A stretch of DNA of 64,000 bases. Source: Candidatus Eiseniibacteriota bacterium. GTDB taxonomy: Bacteria; Eisenbacteria; RBG-16-71-46; CAZEPH01. Made by a program: the position numbers and the translations under genes. Shown here piece by piece: positions 61,547-64,000 of this stretch. The stretch lies in the NCBI GenBank assembly GCA_044229145.1, contig JBGATO010000009.1, positions 1 through 64,000 of the forward strand. The letters are read 5' to 3'. The notes beneath the pieces are model-generated. The model did no database searches. It was not told the DNA's origin and saw only the letters and a program-made list of their open reading frames with translations. How positions within the stretch are numbered: the stretch's first letter is position 1; every line of letters starts with the position of its first letter.

Positions 61547-63631
61547 ATGGCCGATCGCCGAGTCCCACGCCGTTCCGCCGCCCCGCGCTCAGCTCCCACT
61601 GACGCCGGTGCCGTCGCGCGCGGCCGCCGCGCCACGGCACGGCCGGCGCGACTGTTCGATGCCGGCCCGTACGTCGTCTTCGTCGTTGCCGCGCTCGTGC
61701 GCGTTCTGACCGTCTGGCAACTCCGCGACACGCCATTCTTCGTGCATCCCGTCATCGACGAAAAGTCGTACGACGAATGGGCGCGCATGTTGTCGCACGG
61801 CGACTGGTTCCCGCGCCTCGTATTCTGGCAGCCGCCGTTCTACGCATACTGGCTGGCGATCGTCTACAAGCTGACCGGCGGCGCATACCTCGCGGCGCGT
61901 CTGGTCACCGCGCTGCTCGGGGCAGTGGGATGCGCGCTGACCTTCGTGCTCGGCGCGCGCATCCTGCCGCGCACCGCCGCCTGGGGAGGCGCCTTGGCCG
62001 CCGCTCTGTGCGGCCCGCTGGTGCTCGCCGACACGCAGCTGCTTGCCACCACCCTGGCGACCGTGCTGCTCCTTGGCGCGCTGCTCCTGCTGCATCACGC
62101 GCAGTCGCGCGGTTCGCTCCCGCGGCTCGCGCTCGGCGCCTTCGTCATTGGCTTGCTGGCCATCGCGCGCGGTGAAGCGCTCCTGCTGCTGCCGCTGCTC
62201 ACGCTGTGGGCGTTCAGCTACGCGCAGCCACAGCGCGAACGCAACGTGCGGCTGGGCTGGGCCGGTACGTTCCTTCTCTGCGCGTTGGTGCCGGTGAGCG
62301 CGGCGACGCTGAGCAATCGCGTGCGCGGCGGCGAGTGGGTCGTGGTGTCGTCGAACGGCGGCGTGAACTTCTACATCGGGAACAACCCGAACTACGACCA
62401 GACGGTCGGCATAAGGCCGGGCGAGGAATGGGAACGCCTGATTCGCGAGCCGGTGCGCAAGGGCATTACGCGGGCGGGCGACCAATCGGCGTACTTCTAC
62501 TCGCGCGGGCTGGCGTTCGTGGTGCGCGAGACGCGGCCGTGGCTCGGGGTGATGGCGCAGAAGGCGGTGTTGGCGCTCAACGCGCGCGAGATCCAGCGCG
62601 ATCTCGATCCGTACAGCTATCGCGCCGATTCGGGCGTGCTCCGCGTGCTGCTGTGGCCGTCGCCGCTCGGGTTCCCATTCGGCGTGCTGGGGCCGTTCGC
62701 GGTGCTCGGTGTCCTGCTCCTGGTGCTGGAGTGGCGGCGCTACGCGTTGATCCATCTCGTGCTCGTCGGGCAGAGCGCGGCCCTGCTGCTGTTCTTCGTG
62801 ACCTCGCGGTATCGCACACCGATGTTGCCGCTGGTGTGTCTGGTCGCGGCGTACGCGGCCACCTGGCTATTGCGCCGGGTGCGGCATCACGAATGGGGGC
62901 GCTTCCGCACCGGACTCGTGGTGTGGGTCCTGGCGGCGCTGGCCGTCAACGTGCCGCGGGCGCCGGGACAAACGCCGCGCGAGCGGGCCGAGGAGGTCTA
63001 CTACCGCGGCTACGCGGCATTGCAGGCCGGACGTCCGGACGACGCGCTGGCCGCTGCGCGCGAGGCGGCGCAACTGGATCCCCGCTATGCGAAGGCCGCG
63101 TTCTTCGAAGGCTACGTCTTGGCGGCGCAGCGCGACACGATGGGTGCGCGCACGGCGTATCAGCGGGCCCTGACGCTGGCGCCGGACTACGCCGAGGCGC
63201 ACCAGGGGATGGGGAACCTGCTGGCGTCACAGGGTGCCTTCGAGGCCGCGGCCGCGGAGATGCGGCAGGCGATCGCCCTGCGGTCACCCTTTCCCGACGC
63301 GCACTACTACCTGGCGGCGGTGCTCACCCGGCTCGGCCAGTTGGCGGCCGCGGAGTCGGAGTTGCGCACCGCGGTGGCCCAGCAGCCGACGTTCGCCGCG
63401 GCGTGGGTGAGCCTGGGCACGCTGCAGCGCTCCCGGGGCGAGCTCGCCGGCGCGGTCGAATCGTTCCGCGCGGCGGTGGAGGCGGATCCCGCGGTGGCGA
63501 CCTCCCATGGGCGGCTGGCGGACGCGCTGCTGGCGCTCGGGCGTCGCGACGAGGCGGTCGCCGCCGCCCGCGACGCCCTGCGGCTCGATCCTCAAGACCC
63601 ATTGGCCCATAGGGTACTTCAGTCGCAGTGA
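61547..63631 (+). CDS. GT-C (PMT/ArnT-like) membrane glycosyltransferase with C-terminal TPRs
   Basis: DE..Y..WA, QPPFYAY.LA, NGGVNFYIGNNP and SRYR.P motifs, about 11 TM helices and about 6 TPRs. Confidence 0.85.
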   Translation: MADRRVPRRSAAPRSAPTDAGAVARGRRATARPARLFDAGPYVVFVVAALVRVLTVWQLRDTPFFVHPVIDEKSYDEWARMLSHGDWFPRLVFWQPPFYAYWLAIVYKLTGGAYLAARLVTALLGAVGCALTFVLGARILPRTAAWGGALAAALCGPLVLADTQLLATTLATVLLLGALLLLHHAQSRGSLPRLALGAFVIGLLAIARGEALLLLPLLTLWAFSYAQPQRERNVRLGWAGTFLLCALVPVSAATLSNRVRGGEWVVVSSNGGVNFYIGNNPNYDQTVGIRPGEEWERLIREPVRKGITRAGDQSAYFYSRGLAFVVRETRPWLGVMAQKAVLALNAREIQRDLDPYSYRADSGVLRVLLWPSPLGFPFGVLGPFAVLGVLLLVLEWRRYALIHLVLVGQSAALLLFFVTSRYRTPMLPLVCLVAAYAATWLLRRVRHHEWGRFRTGLVVWVLAALAVNVPRAPGQTPRERAEEVYYRGYAALQAGRPDDALAAAREAAQLDPRYAKAAFFEGYVLAAQRDTMGARTAYQRALTLAPDYAEAHQGMGNLLASQGAFEAAAAEMRQAIALRSPFPDAHYYLAAVLTRLGQLAAAESELRTAVAQQPTFAAAWVSLGTLQRSRGELAGAVESFRAAVEADPAVATSHGRLADALLALGRRDEAVAAARDALRLDPQDPLAHRVLQSQ

Positions 63632-63726
63632 TCGTTTCGCACTGACGGCGTATTGTAACGCCTGACGGACGCGCGACATCCGGCCGCGGATGTCCCCCCG
63701 CCGAAGACTTCAGGGAGAGTGCACCC

Positions 63727-64000
63727 ATGTCCGCATTGGCGTTACCCCTTCAGACGGCAGCCTACGATCTGTGGCCTTCGCCGCTGGGAACCCTTGGCGT
63801 CCTTTTGGTCGACGAAGGCGTTCTCCGCGTGCTCCTCGACACCCGCGAGGATGAGGTCCGGCACGTGGCCACCGAAACCGATCACGTTCTCGCGTCCCGC
63901 GACAGCCGCGCATGTTCCGCGGTGCGCGAGGCGCTGACCTCCTACCTCGCGGGCGATCCGACGCCGCTCGCGTTCCCCGTGGTGACACACGTCGGGACCG
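63727..64000 (+). CDS. ogt: Probable methylated-DNA--protein-cysteine methyltransferase (3' end runs off the window)
   Basis: Manual translation MSALALPLQTAAYDLWPSPLGTL...REALTSYLAGDPTPLAFPVVTHVGT matches the Ogt N-terminal pattern; the PCHR motif would lie outside the window. Confidence 0.65.
   Translation, partial: MSALALPLQTAAYDLWPSPLGTLGVLLVDEGVLRVLLDTREDEVRHVATETDHVLASRDSRACSAVREALTSYLAGDPTPLAFPVVTHVGT

Noticed and set aside
63640..63726. Possible SOS/Ada operator upstream of ogt (GACATCCG-gccg-CGGATGTC)
   Set aside because: I found no matching palindrome upstream of uvrA, uvrB or recG; it may simply be a hairpin.

Overview
A high-GC bacterial chromosomal segment made up mostly of housekeeping genes. 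I found no rRNA, tRNA, CRISPR array or mobile element. Gene content (a C-terminal TWGxIKxLY motif protein, a FlgD-Ig lipoprotein, DUF5916, a Wzi-like OMP, split rfaE1/rfaE2, N-terminal-only glmU) suggests a diderm, uncultured FCB-type lineage such as Ca. Eisenbacteria; this is inference. Contents in order: recG (partial), zinc-ribbon protein, DUF2723-like C-terminal protein, Wzi-like OMP, sugar aminotransferase, crotonase, DUF4139-uvrB-nadC-birA-rhomboid, nrdR-tatC-coaX, ECF sigma/anti-sigma/DUF4097, a secreted TWG-motif protein, GT4, dapL-folB-folK-dNK-panB-panC-glmU(N)-HIT-LytR_C, ppiD, a sigma54 two-component locus, uvrA, DUF5916, galE-rfaE1-rfaE2, ABC-F, a COG2403 GTPase-like gene with sucC-sucD-ndk, yceD-rpmF-plsX-fabH-fabD-fabG-acpP-fabF-rnc, a GT-C/TPR protein and ogt (partial). 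The most notable observations are: (1) a sigma54 circuit (kinase, enhancer-binding protein, three palindromic enhancer sites, -24/-12 promoter) upstream of a receiver protein and an unannotated 47-aa histone H1-like KKxx-repeat protein; (2) a paralogous 80-aa H1-like module fused in frame to SucD, with its own internal RBS, in an operon with an arginine synthetase-like enzyme and Ndk; (3) a candidate C-terminal sorting signal; (4) a frameshifted rhomboid gene and an internally deleted heptose kinase. All family assignments come from motif recognition, not database searches.
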